IMG/VR virus record: IMGVR_UViG_3300032219_001748
Location: 1 to 24,369 of that record
Source: a virus
Lineage: Duplodnaviria; Caudoviricetes
DNA length: 24,369 nucleotides
Direction: 5' to 3' (one strand)
Shown: positions 8,000-16,323 of the stretch, piece by piece
Layout: every line of letters begins with the position of its first letter
How positions within the stretch are numbered: the stretch's first letter is position 1
The notes under the pieces: generated by a model
The model's database searches: none
What the model was told of the DNA's origin: nothing
The model's input: only the letters and a program-made list of their open reading frames with translations
Made by a program: the position numbers and the translations under genes

Positions 8000-8114
8000 T
8001 AACTTTCTCCTTATGCTTCACTTTACGGCAATAACGTACATCAATTTTGTGTTTTTGTGGTGCTGGGATAGGTGTCCGGCACACAGGTTTAGGTATTTTA
8101 ACAATTATCTTCAT
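7980..8114 (-). CDS. Small basic protein (44 aa)
   Basis: Not in ORF track. ATG 8112-8114 directly after the upstream stop; MKIIVKIPKPVCRTPIPAPQKHKIDVRYCRKVKHKEKVNVHAYG. Confidence 0.6.
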   Translation of the reverse strand: MKIIVKIPKPVCRTPIPAPQKHKIDVRYCRKVKHKEKVNVHAYG

Positions 8115-8115
8115 T

Positions 8116-8472
8116 TTATCGTCTCATCTTAGCTATATCTTCTGCTTCAGTATTATTAAAAATAGGAACAGCATTAGATTTATGCAGCGTACCCACACCA
8201 ATCATTTTGTCGCCGGTATATTGTGTGACTTTATCTTTTTTATTCCAATTAGCAATTCCTATACCAGTGTCAACTGATTTAAATTGTTTAGGATTACGAT
8301 CAGCAGGAATAACAAGTTTAGGTAACTTATTAGTAGTAGTAAAAACCTTCTTAGTAGATTTTTTAGCAAGAGACATAGCACCGACTGATTTGAGCCAGGC
8401 ATCATATTCTGCTTGTTCTACTTTTGTTAATCGTTTTGGTTTTGATTTCTTGATATGGCCATAAATCATCAT
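8116..8472 (-). CDS. Conserved hypothetical basic protein of T4-like phages
   Basis: C-terminal YTGDKMIGVGTLHKSNAVPIF...AKMRR; GGAG SD; first gene after a promoter. Confidence 0.8.
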   Translation of the reverse strand: MMIYGHIKKSKPKRLTKVEQAEYDAWLKSVGAMSLAKKSTKKVFTTTNKLPKLVIPADRNPKQFKSVDTGIGIANWNKKDKVTQYTGDKMIGVGTLHKSNAVPIFNNTEAEDIAKMRR

Positions 8473-8499
8473 AATGTAATCTCCAACTAAAGAAATACT

Positions 8500-8528
8500 A
8501 GTATATCAAGGAAACAATAATTTGTCAA
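8500..8528 (-). promoter_or_regulatory. Sigma70-type early promoter
   Basis: Minus strand TTGACA(8528-8523)-N17-TATACT(8505-8500) with extended TG. Confidence 0.85.
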
Positions 8529-8529
8529 G

Positions 8530-8553
8530 CATTGTTGTTTTAGTACAACAATG
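8530..8553. repeat. Perfect 9-bp inverted repeat CATTGTTGT-TTTAGT-ACAACAATG (operator-like)
   Basis: Read directly; immediately upstream of the -35 box. Confidence 0.7.
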
Positions 8554-8558
8554 TTATC

Positions 8559-8741
8559 CTATCGATAACTCTGGTAAAATTCTTCTTCGTCTTGAAGATT
8601 TTCTAATTCTCGTTGTTTGATTTTTTTCTTAATCTCACCGTGTTCTTTCATTTTTCTTTTTATTTTTTTATTTTGATTATAGAACTCATAATCATCACTA
8701 TAATCCTCGTTTTTACGGAATTTTCCTGCAAATTTGCTCAT
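8559..8741 (-). CDS. Small charged hypothetical protein
   Basis: 60 aa, GGAG SD upstream. Confidence 0.7.
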   Translation of the reverse strand: MSKFAGKFRKNEDYSDDYEFYNQNKKIKRKMKEHGEIKKKIKQRELENLQDEEEFYQSYR

Positions 8742-8759
8742 TTGATTTTATTGACTCCA

Positions 8760-9137
8760 TTATTTCATTGAAAGAAATTTAATGCCTTTCATTTTACCTT
8801 CAGGCGAGGTTTCTTTATCTCCAGTTTTGGAGACAAAAAATATATCTGAGTATGGATAACACATTTGAATTATTTTGAGAAGTTGACAAGCCGTACCATC
8901 AGAATCATTGTATACAAATACTTCATCTACACATTTTAACTCTCTGACAATCGTGCTTCGGGAATTGTAATTTTGAATAAAACCTTTTTCATATTTACTT
9001 AAATAAATGTCGGAGTGTACACCAACAATTAACCAATCACCTTTTGTTTTTAATTGTTTCAGAAAGTTTATATCTGGTAATTCTATGGGATCGAATGCGC
9101 CAATAGTTACTATTATTTTTTCTCTTTTTAACTTCAT
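8760..9137 (-). CDS. Cytidylyltransferase-like (TagD/RfaE-II fold) protein with degenerate HxGH
   Basis: GAFD...GDWLIVGVHSD...R...LKCVDEV, but HxGH reads ELPD. Start at 9137 by ATGA overlap. Confidence 0.75.
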   Translation of the reverse strand: MKLKREKIIVTIGAFDPIELPDINFLKQLKTKGDWLIVGVHSDIYLSKYEKGFIQNYNSRSTIVRELKCVDEVFVYNDSDGTACQLLKIIQMCYPYSDIFFVSKTGDKETSPEGKMKGIKFLSMK

Positions 9138-9556
9138 GGTAGCATGTTTGGAAAACACTCCTTAACAAAACTATATGTTAATCCTCTGACACCTAAATCT
9201 TTTCTCATTATACCTATAATAACTTCTGCTTCTCTTGGTTCTAGAGATTCTAATAGCTGAATAAGTAATTCGTTTTTTCTCTGTTCTGTCAAATTGTTAG
9301 AACTAGGATGTCCTTCTTGAAACAAATATATTCTTCTTAGTTCTGTTCCTAAATGAGCATAAGAAACACCAGGAAGAGTATCTGGTAATCTATAATTATC
9401 TGGAATTTCATTTACTATCCAGTTATAATTTGGATGAAATGCATACTCTAACACTTTAACAAGAGTTGAAGATAGGTTTTTTTCAATTACTTGTTTTTTA
9501 TCTGCTTTCGATTTTGCTTCTTCAAACTCATCAAATACTTCATAAATATTTTTCAT
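9134..9556 (-). CDS. Conserved T4-like phage protein downstream of rnh
   Basis: ELLIQLLESLEPREAEVII...KD...GLT...FP C-terminus typical of this family; TAATG coupling to rnh. Confidence 0.75.
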   Translation of the reverse strand: MKNIYEVFDEFEEAKSKADKKQVIEKNLSSTLVKVLEYAFHPNYNWIVNEIPDNYRLPDTLPGVSYAHLGTELRRIYLFQEGHPSSNNLTEQRKNELLIQLLESLEPREAEVIIGIMRKDLGVRGLTYSFVKECFPNMLP

Positions 9557-10413
9557 TAAAATTCCTCAATAACATCCATCAGATTTTTCAGTCGATACTC
9601 AATAAAGTAATTTAATAGTTTACTTCTTGGAGCTGGTTTAGTTTCATCATAAGTATTTATGATTTTTTCCTTTATATCTCCTGGTATAAGAGATAAGTCG
9701 ATCAGTAGTTGATTCCGTGTAAATCCGGTATTTGCAATAGATTCATAGTTGCTATAATGTTCAGCAAGAAACTTATCTAGTTTTCCTTTTGTGATAGGAG
9801 TCTGACGCTTCTCTAAAACGAAACAATCTGACGAAGAAAGTATGTTAGGAATACCATCACCTTTATCGCCTTTAATAATCTTCTCTTTTAAGTCTTGTAC
9901 AGGATTTTGAGATACAACAAATTTCTTCAAAGCAGGATTATACTGCTTCACGTTAAATTTGCTTCTGCTATTGTATGCTTGGAGTTGTAGAAAATCGCCA
10001 TCGCTTGAAAGAATCAAAATATCTTCGTGCATAATGTGCCTAGGTACAAGTGTACCAATAATATCATCGGCTTCTGCACCTTCAACGTCAATTACTTTGT
10101 ATGGAAAATTTTCTTTGAGTTCTGTTTTAAGTTTGGCAAGAATATCAAAAATTAAATGCCAATCAAAATCAGATTTTTCACGGGCTTTTTTACGACCGGC
10201 TTTATAGAAAGGAAATATTGATTTGCGCCAGTAGTTGCGGTTATCACAACACAGAACTACTTCACCATATTCTTTAAATTTATTAGTATTGGTACGAATA
10301 ACATTCAGCACCATGTGGCGAACTAATCCTTCTTCCAGCTTAACATTTTTTTGTGACGCAAGTTGTGCCATAATGCCAGACAGTAGAACTTGGTTTAGGT
10401 CAATTAGTATCAT
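9556..10413 (-). CDS. rnh: T4-type RNase H (5'-3' exo/flap nuclease)
   Basis: MILID, CCD..NYWRK..FP.YK..R, EGAEADDIIG, LSSDGDFLQL, GDKGDGIPN, RNQLLID. Confidence 0.93.
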   Translation of the reverse strand: MILIDLNQVLLSGIMAQLASQKNVKLEEGLVRHMVLNVIRTNTNKFKEYGEVVLCCDNRNYWRKSIFPFYKAGRKKAREKSDFDWHLIFDILAKLKTELKENFPYKVIDVEGAEADDIIGTLVPRHIMHEDILILSSDGDFLQLQAYNSRSKFNVKQYNPALKKFVVSQNPVQDLKEKIIKGDKGDGIPNILSSSDCFVLEKRQTPITKGKLDKFLAEHYSNYESIANTGFTRNQLLIDLSLIPGDIKEKIINTYDETKPAPRSKLLNYFIEYRLKNLMDVIEEF

Positions 10414-10443
10414 GATAATATCTCAAAGTTAAGAAACTCTAGT

Positions 10444-10788
10444 TTACTCGATATCTTTCAATTTGTCAAATGATTTTTGAATAAATTCGTTCGATGTTGT
10501 TGTTTTTTTAGCAATTAATCCATAAAAATCACATGTTATCAATCTAGAAATATATTCCAGAGGTTCTACTAGAATAGCTTCAAATAAATCAGGTTCTATT
10601 GGAGCACCATCTTCATCTTGTTTAAATAGCATAATGTGATACATATTACCCATCGAACTACCCTCTACGGATTCTCCTGGGTCTTTGTATGTTGCACCTT
10701 CAACTTTTACTAAATCTTCTTCGGGCCCAGGCATAAAAAAGAAAGCATCAAAATTTTCATTCTTTGCTTCTCTGAGAGATTCTAGCAT
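10444..10788 (-). CDS. Hypothetical acidic protein
   Basis: 114 aa, AAGGA SD, in operon order. Confidence 0.7.
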   Translation of the reverse strand: MLESLREAKNENFDAFFFMPGPEEDLVKVEGATYKDPGESVEGSSMGNMYHIMLFKQDEDGAPIEPDLFEAILVEPLEYISRLITCDFYGLIAKKTTTSNEFIQKSFDKLKDIE

Positions 10789-11194
10789 TATAATCCTTAA
10801 TATGTGATTTTCTAACTCTTACCATTATCCATGTGTTGTAATAGTCGTTACCTTCTATTACTCCACGAACAAATTGCTCTTTAGCTTCTAGATAACCACA
10901 TTCACCTTTCGATTTGCAAAGATGCAATATCTCACGAAAGAAATTATCTTCTCCGTGTAGTATAACATCATTTACTAATTCTGTGTTAGATCCATAGTAA
11001 GTTTGCCAATTGCTTGGAACTTTTATCTTTTTCTTTTTACCGTTGACTTGTTTGGTTTTGGCAGAATAAAAAAATTTCTTGCCTATGTATTTTTTTCCAT
11101 TCGTCAGATTGGTAATTTGGTAAACGAATCCGTAATTATCACCAATCAAGTCTTCCGTAAAATCTATATTATTATGTGTCCAGTTTAATCCCAT
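10757..11194 (-). CDS. GIY-YIG nuclease (endonuclease II/DenA-like)
   Basis: GFVYQITN...KYIGKK, WQTYYGS, FREIL, YLEAKEQ, YYN; single domain. Confidence 0.85.
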   Translation of the reverse strand: MGLNWTHNNIDFTEDLIGDNYGFVYQITNLTNGKKYIGKKFFYSAKTKQVNGKKKKIKVPSNWQTYYGSNTELVNDVILHGEDNFFREILHLCKSKGECGYLEAKEQFVRGVIEGNDYYNTWIMVRVRKSHIKDYNARISQRSKE

Positions 11195-11370
11195 TCGTCA
11201 TCATCTTCAGAGTCCTCATCATCTATATATTCTTCTGTAATTTCTTCGATGGGGTCTCCGCAGAACGGACAATTTTCTGGATATTCTTGTGAAACAAATT
11301 CGTCTATGTATGAAACTTGGTAACTAGATTCGCAGCTAGAACATTCTGCTGTTATTGTTTTATCGTTCAT
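11185..11370 (-). CDS. Zinc-ribbon protein with acidic tail
   Basis: CSSC...CPFCG. Confidence 0.8.
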   Translation of the reverse strand: MNDKTITAECSSCESSYQVSYIDEFVSQEYPENCPFCGDPIEEITEEYIDDEDSEDDDEWD

Positions 11371-11379
11371 TTTTTTCCT

Positions 11380-12369
11380 TTAGTGTGCCCAAACATCTGA
11401 CCAATCTCCACTCAAAGCACCTTTTGCATAATCAGTTGCCCGATTCTCAAAGAAGTTTGTATGTGTTGGTGCGTTAATCATTTCTTCAACCCATGGTAGT
11501 GGATTACGTTTTACTTTATTAATGCCTTTAAGACCAAGGCTAATGAGCCTACGGTCAGCAATATAGCGAATATACTGCTTAACATCAGCAGAATCAAGTC
11601 CTTCCATTTCTCCCATGCTAAATGCAAGGTCAATAAATTTATCTTCAAGTTCTACCATTTTTTCTGCAATACTGTAGATTTTTGATTTCAATTCATCATT
11701 CCAAATTTCTTTATTTTCTTCTATATATGTTCTGAACAATTTAATCATAGATTCTGCATGTTGAGTTTCATCTACAATAGACCAAGTAATAATTTGTCCC
11801 ATACCTTTCATTTTGCCATGGCGTGGGAAGTTAAGTAACATGATAAAGGAACTGAATAGTTGCATTCCTTCGGTAAAAGCAGAGAATACTGCAATGTGAG
11901 TAGCAGTAGTAGCCCTATCACCACTCTGTGTACTAATATCAAGAATATAATCATGTTTATCTTTCATTTCTGAATATTCTAAAAATTCATTGTATGTATT
12001 TTCAGGCAAACCTAATGTTTCGATTAAGTGTGAATATGCAGCAACGTGCAATGCCTCTCTTGCAGCAAAACCCATCAACATCATTCTAATTTCTGGTTGA
12101 GGAAAATATGGTAAATAATTTTTTACATATCCACCAGCAACATCAATATCTCCTTGTGTGAAGAAACGAAAGATGTGCGTTAAAAAATTCTTTTCTGAAT
12201 CGGTAAGTTTTTTCTTCCAATCTTTTACATCTTCAAGCATCGGAACTTCGGTATGAAGCCAATGTGATTGTTCATGTTTTAGCCACGAATCATATGCCCA
12301 TGGATAGTTGAATGGTTTAAAATATTCTCTTCCTTCATTTAACTTCTGTTGCGGTATTTTTTTTATCAT
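11380..12369 (-). CDS. nrdB: Ribonucleotide reductase class I beta subunit
   Basis: FFTQGD, REALHVAAY (metal ligands plus radical Tyr), FTEG, VDETQH, NFFENRATDY. Confidence 0.95.
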   Translation of the reverse strand: MIKKIPQQKLNEGREYFKPFNYPWAYDSWLKHEQSHWLHTEVPMLEDVKDWKKKLTDSEKNFLTHIFRFFTQGDIDVAGGYVKNYLPYFPQPEIRMMLMGFAAREALHVAAYSHLIETLGLPENTYNEFLEYSEMKDKHDYILDISTQSGDRATTATHIAVFSAFTEGMQLFSSFIMLLNFPRHGKMKGMGQIITWSIVDETQHAESMIKLFRTYIEENKEIWNDELKSKIYSIAEKMVELEDKFIDLAFSMGEMEGLDSADVKQYIRYIADRRLISLGLKGINKVKRNPLPWVEEMINAPTHTNFFENRATDYAKGALSGDWSDVWAH

Positions 12370-12399
12370 TCTATTTGCTCTTATAGTTGTTATTGTTTG

Positions 12400-13041
12400 T
12401 TATTGATCTTCATACATTACTGTGGTGGTATCACCTAATGCCCATTTTGGATTTTGTTCAACTACATATTTTTTAGTGCAGACTTTAAAATCAGGAAACT
12501 TCAATTCTTTTGGATTACTAGCTGCATCTAAAAATAAACAACGATTATTTGGTTGTGCTGCATACTGACCATTATCTAGTTCTATAAAATTAAAACTTTT
12601 GTGATCTTCTGGCCATTCAGCATAGCTTGTGTCTATAATATTTAAATCGGGAGCAGAGTGGTCTACTGTAAACAAATAATTACCTTGATAAAATTGTTTG
12701 TTCTTTGCATAAAACTTGGCAGTTAAATTTCTCAAGAATGATTTTTGAATTATAGAAAAATCATAACTAAAACAATCCCAAATCTGTAACGTATCTAAAG
12801 GTAGAAACTTCTCAGGTTCAAGATTCGTTTTGCGTGACACAAACGCATGAAGAGGTAGTTTGTCATAAGCAGCGCCGTAATTTGGTAAGTAGGATTCTAT
12901 TCTAAATGCTTGTCCACGAATACTTTTAATTGACATCCATATACACGGTTCATATTCTCCATGACCTTTCTGAAAGTCATAAAGAAATTCTTTACGGATG
13001 TAACAGTGAATAGGTGGTAGGTTTGCAACTAAGTGTGCCAT
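12400..13041 (-). CDS. Conserved hypothetical phage protein
   Basis: 213 aa with LVANLPP, LQIWDCFSY, YLFTVD, HKSFN, GQYAAQPNNR; a family recurrent in aquatic phages. Confidence 0.8.
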   Translation of the reverse strand: MAHLVANLPPIHCYIRKEFLYDFQKGHGEYEPCIWMSIKSIRGQAFRIESYLPNYGAAYDKLPLHAFVSRKTNLEPEKFLPLDTLQIWDCFSYDFSIIQKSFLRNLTAKFYAKNKQFYQGNYLFTVDHSAPDLNIIDTSYAEWPEDHKSFNFIELDNGQYAAQPNNRCLFLDAASNPKELKFPDFKVCTKKYVVEQNPKWALGDTTTVMYEDQ

Positions 13042-13194
13042 TTATTCTTTCTTTTCTATTTTTTCTGGTTGAACTATTGCAGGTTTTTCTTTTTCTTTTT
13101 CGGGATAGATTTTTTCTACTGTCCAATTAGCACCCATCCATCCCATTGCAGAGAAGAAACCCCAAACTAACATATAAGGTATTTCTGTTATCAT
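13042..13194 (-). CDS. Small membrane protein (50 aa)
   Basis: Not in ORF track. MITEIPYMLVWGFFSAMGWMGANWTVEKIYPEKEKEKPAIVQPEKIEKKE; fills the gap between its neighbours almost exactly. Confidence 0.7.
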   Translation of the reverse strand: MITEIPYMLVWGFFSAMGWMGANWTVEKIYPEKEKEKPAIVQPEKIEKKE

Positions 13195-13195
13195 A

Positions 13196-13840
13196 TCATT
13201 TCTCCATCAATTTATCAACAAATTCAAGTAATAATCTATGATGCCTTCCATCATGGTATTTACCTTTCATCCAACTATATGATTTGAACCAATGAGGCTC
13301 ACTTTCTAAATGACAGGCAATTAATCCTATATTATTTTGTATGATAGCCATTGGGTCACCATTTGCATATCTTGCTACTGTTTCAAAGTGTTCTTCACTT
13401 CCTGCAACTGCAAATCCATCATAAAAGTACATTCTTTCCCGTTGACCGTTCCACTCAACTTCCAAATGTTTGGCATGTGGTCGTTTTGTATCTGTTTCTG
13501 GTCTTGTGATATATTGTGTGGTTGTAACATCATCAGATAGAATCCCAAGATAATCGTCAGAGGCCCAATAACCGCCCATACAGATTCCAAGATACTTACC
13601 ACCGTCTTGTACAAATCTACGTATTCTATCGCCATTATTGGCAAAACACATAGCAAACTTACTAGCATCACCAAAACCACCTGGGATGCATACCATGTCA
13701 ACGTCATCAAAAAAATCTTCTTCGAGTTCATGTTTTGTAAAAATTTTAAATCTATAATTTGGAGTTAGAGCATTGAGTATACCATTTCCAGATTGCACGG
13801 AGCAATAAGGTTGGTGCATAAACATTGCAATCGTTTTCAT
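13196..13840 (-). CDS. Class I glutamine amidotransferase-like (BPL-N) protein
   Basis: IPGG, GGKYLGICMGGY (nucleophile elbow), CHLE. Start MKTIAMF at 13840, just after the nrdA stop. Confidence 0.8.
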   Translation of the reverse strand: MKTIAMFMHQPYCSVQSGNGILNALTPNYRFKIFTKHELEEDFFDDVDMVCIPGGFGDASKFAMCFANNGDRIRRFVQDGGKYLGICMGGYWASDDYLGILSDDVTTTQYITRPETDTKRPHAKHLEVEWNGQRERMYFYDGFAVAGSEEHFETVARYANGDPMAIIQNNIGLIACHLESEPHWFKSYSWMKGKYHDGRHHRLLLEFVDKLMEK

Positions 13841-13841
13841 A

Positions 13842-15644
13842 TCACCCTTCACATGCTATACAATCGTTACCTTGTGCAATTTGTGTCATATCAAGTTCTT
13901 TAATTACTTGTCTTTCAATACGTTTAGATACTTTATCTGCTTTACCAATTTTTTCACTTCTGCAATAATATAATGATTTAAGACCTTTCTTCCAAGCCAT
14001 AAAATGAATAGCATGAATATATTTAATATGTGCGTCTGGTCTAAAGAATAAATTTAATGATTGTGCTTGGTCGATGTGTTGTTGTCTATCCGCAGCCAAA
14101 TCAATAACCCATCGTTGATCAATTTCCATTGAGGTTTTGAATATTGCCTTTTCATTTTCATCTAAAATATCTAGGTGTTGTACAGAACCATCGTTAGCGA
14201 TAATACTTGACCAAATATTATTATAATCTTCTGTGGCAATCGCACCAGATTCATCAGCTAATTTACTTTCAATCAGTTTATCTAACCATTTGTTTTTGTT
14301 GAGGTGTGATCCCGAGAGCGTATCTTGTCTATAAGCATTAGCACGATAAGGCTCAACGCTAGGAGAAGTGTTACCCATAATAATACTGGATGATGCGTTT
14401 GGTGCAATAGCCATAAGGTGACTGAAACGGCAGCCATGTCCCACAGCATCCGGTGCTTCACCACGTTCTTTACCGAGTTCCAAATTTGCTTCATTCAATG
14501 CCTCTCTAATGTGTTTAAAGATTCTGTTGTTGGTAACTTTAGCCATGACTCCTTCAAAAGCAATACCATTGCGTTGTAGGTAAGCGTGAAAACCGAGAGC
14601 ACCAATCCCAATACTACGTTCACGGGATGCAGAATACTTTGCACGGCTGATTGAGTCAGGAGCGTTATCAATAAAATACTGTAACACATTATCAAGCATC
14701 TCAGCAACGTCTTTGAGGAATAATTTATCATTTTTCCATTCATCATAAGTCTCCAAATTTAACGATGATAAACAACATACAGCAGTTCGTTCTTCATTTG
14801 TTGGTAATACAATTTCACTACAGAGATTTGATTGGTGAATCTTTAAACCTTTTTCTTTTAAGAAGTTAGGTAGGTGTTTATTACTTGTATCAATAAAATG
14901 AATATATGGTTCACCAGTATGCATTCTTAGTTCAAGAATCATTTGCCATAACATTCTTGCAGACACTACTTCTCTCACTTCACCTGTATGTGGATCTTTA
15001 AGTTCCCACTCATCACTTGCGCTTGGATCTAACATACAGTTTTCGATAATCGACATGAAATCATCGGTAATATTAATTCCATGATGAAGATTTAGGCAAC
15101 GCACATTTGGGTCACCTGTTGGCTTTCTCATCTCAAGGAAGGAAATAACATCAGGATGACTAATATCAAGATAGGCAGCATAAGAACCACGACGAGTGCG
15201 ACCTTGACGATATGCCAAACTAGACGAATCGTAAATCTTGAGGTGAGGCATAACGCCAGTAGATTTGTCATCCGCCGAACGAATACCAAAACCAATCCCA
15301 ACACCGCCACCAAGCATACTAAGCCAATTAGTTTCACTAAGATTATCAACTAGTCCCTCCGCAGTATCTTCGATATAATTGAGGAAGCAGCTAATGGGCA
15401 TACCTCTCTTACTACGACCGAAAGATAATATAGGGGTAGAATAAGAAAGCCAATGCTTAGAGCTATAGTCGTAAAGACGCTGTGAATGCTCAATATTACT
15501 TCCAAAAGCTGATGAGACAAAAGCAAACCTTTGCTGTGGGCTTGTTTCATCATCTCGCATGTATGATTCTTTAAGTCGCTTGATTCCAAGTTCATCAAAT
15601 AATTTATCTCTTTCTAAGTCTATCTTAATTCCTAAATATTCCAT
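13842..15644 (-). CDS. nrdA: Ribonucleotide reductase class I alpha subunit (no ATP cone)
   Basis: PISCF, GGGVG, QGRTRRGSYA, SNLCSEI, VCCLSS, IAPNASS, DQAQS, LYYCR and C-terminal CIACEG. Likely start MEYLG at 15644 (AAGGT SD). Confidence 0.95.
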   Translation of the reverse strand: MEYLGIKIDLERDKLFDELGIKRLKESYMRDDETSPQQRFAFVSSAFGSNIEHSQRLYDYSSKHWLSYSTPILSFGRSKRGMPISCFLNYIEDTAEGLVDNLSETNWLSMLGGGVGIGFGIRSADDKSTGVMPHLKIYDSSSLAYRQGRTRRGSYAAYLDISHPDVISFLEMRKPTGDPNVRCLNLHHGINITDDFMSIIENCMLDPSASDEWELKDPHTGEVREVVSARMLWQMILELRMHTGEPYIHFIDTSNKHLPNFLKEKGLKIHQSNLCSEIVLPTNEERTAVCCLSSLNLETYDEWKNDKLFLKDVAEMLDNVLQYFIDNAPDSISRAKYSASRERSIGIGALGFHAYLQRNGIAFEGVMAKVTNNRIFKHIREALNEANLELGKERGEAPDAVGHGCRFSHLMAIAPNASSSIIMGNTSPSVEPYRANAYRQDTLSGSHLNKNKWLDKLIESKLADESGAIATEDYNNIWSSIIANDGSVQHLDILDENEKAIFKTSMEIDQRWVIDLAADRQQHIDQAQSLNLFFRPDAHIKYIHAIHFMAWKKGLKSLYYCRSEKIGKADKVSKRIERQVIKELDMTQIAQGNDCIACEG

Positions 15645-15660
15645 ATCTACCTTATTGTTA

Positions 15661-16308
15661 TTATAATGTCCATACAAATTCGTCTATCATAGGAAATACA
15701 GGCTTGATTGTTTCCGCACATGCCAAAGCTATTTCTTGGTGTTCCTTCTGTGTACCATTTGCACTCCTGAGTTGTATATAGTGTACCCAAGAACGTAAAT
15801 TTCCGTTCATATACAGGCGAGAAGGGGTCATACCCTCAGGTAATACTACTCTCGCTTGTTCTTTAGCAATACCGTTTGCAATAGCCCAATCGTAGGCCTT
15901 ACGTGTACATTTAATAATAAACTGTTGTTGTTCTTGCCAGAATCGATCAAGTTCCCTATCTTTATTCTCTATACTATTCTGTCTATTATTTGTGTCCTGT
16001 AGTCTAGCTTCACGATATTCAAATGCATTTTCCACTACCGCATATCGTTGGCTAAATTCTTGAAAAGAAAAAGACCTATGACGTAATATTTGTCTTGCTA
16101 TATCTCTTGTTGTATTAATTTCTAAACATACATTGACCATTTCTAGCGGCGACCAATGTTGATGTTTGACTAGATAACGAACCAGTTTTTCCGCTGTTTC
16201 ATTATTATCTTGATTTGCTGGATTAGAAACTCTAGCAATAAAGGCTACTTGTTCCAAAAGGTTTCTTCCATCAGTTCCTTGAGAATGAGACACTAGTTTT
16301 ACATTCAT
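15661..16308 (-). CDS. thyX: Flavin-dependent thymidylate synthase
   Basis: HWSPLE, ThyX motif RHRSFSFQEFSQRY, AKEQARVVLP, NLRSWVHY, TQKEH. Confidence 0.95.
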   Translation of the reverse strand: MNVKLVSHSQGTDGRNLLEQVAFIARVSNPANQDNNETAEKLVRYLVKHQHWSPLEMVNVCLEINTTRDIARQILRHRSFSFQEFSQRYAVVENAFEYREARLQDTNNRQNSIENKDRELDRFWQEQQQFIIKCTRKAYDWAIANGIAKEQARVVLPEGMTPSRLYMNGNLRSWVHYIQLRSANGTQKEHQEIALACAETIKPVFPMIDEFVWTL

Positions 16309-16323
16309 TATATAATCTCCATA

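Noticed and set aside
8470-8480. ATTACATTATG shared by the starts of 8116..8472 and primase (17341-17351)
   Set aside because: An 11-nt AT-rich match that includes the ATG, with only two copies; plausibly chance.
10757-11194. GIY-YIG ORF as a mobile homing endonuclease or intron
   Set aside because: Single short catalytic domain with no DNA-binding extension, and the neighbours are uninterrupted; fits a resident endonuclease II-like gene.
11380-16308. Introns or inteins in nrdA, nrdB and thyX
   Set aside because: The ORFs are continuous and compact, with no intein termini or non-coding gaps.
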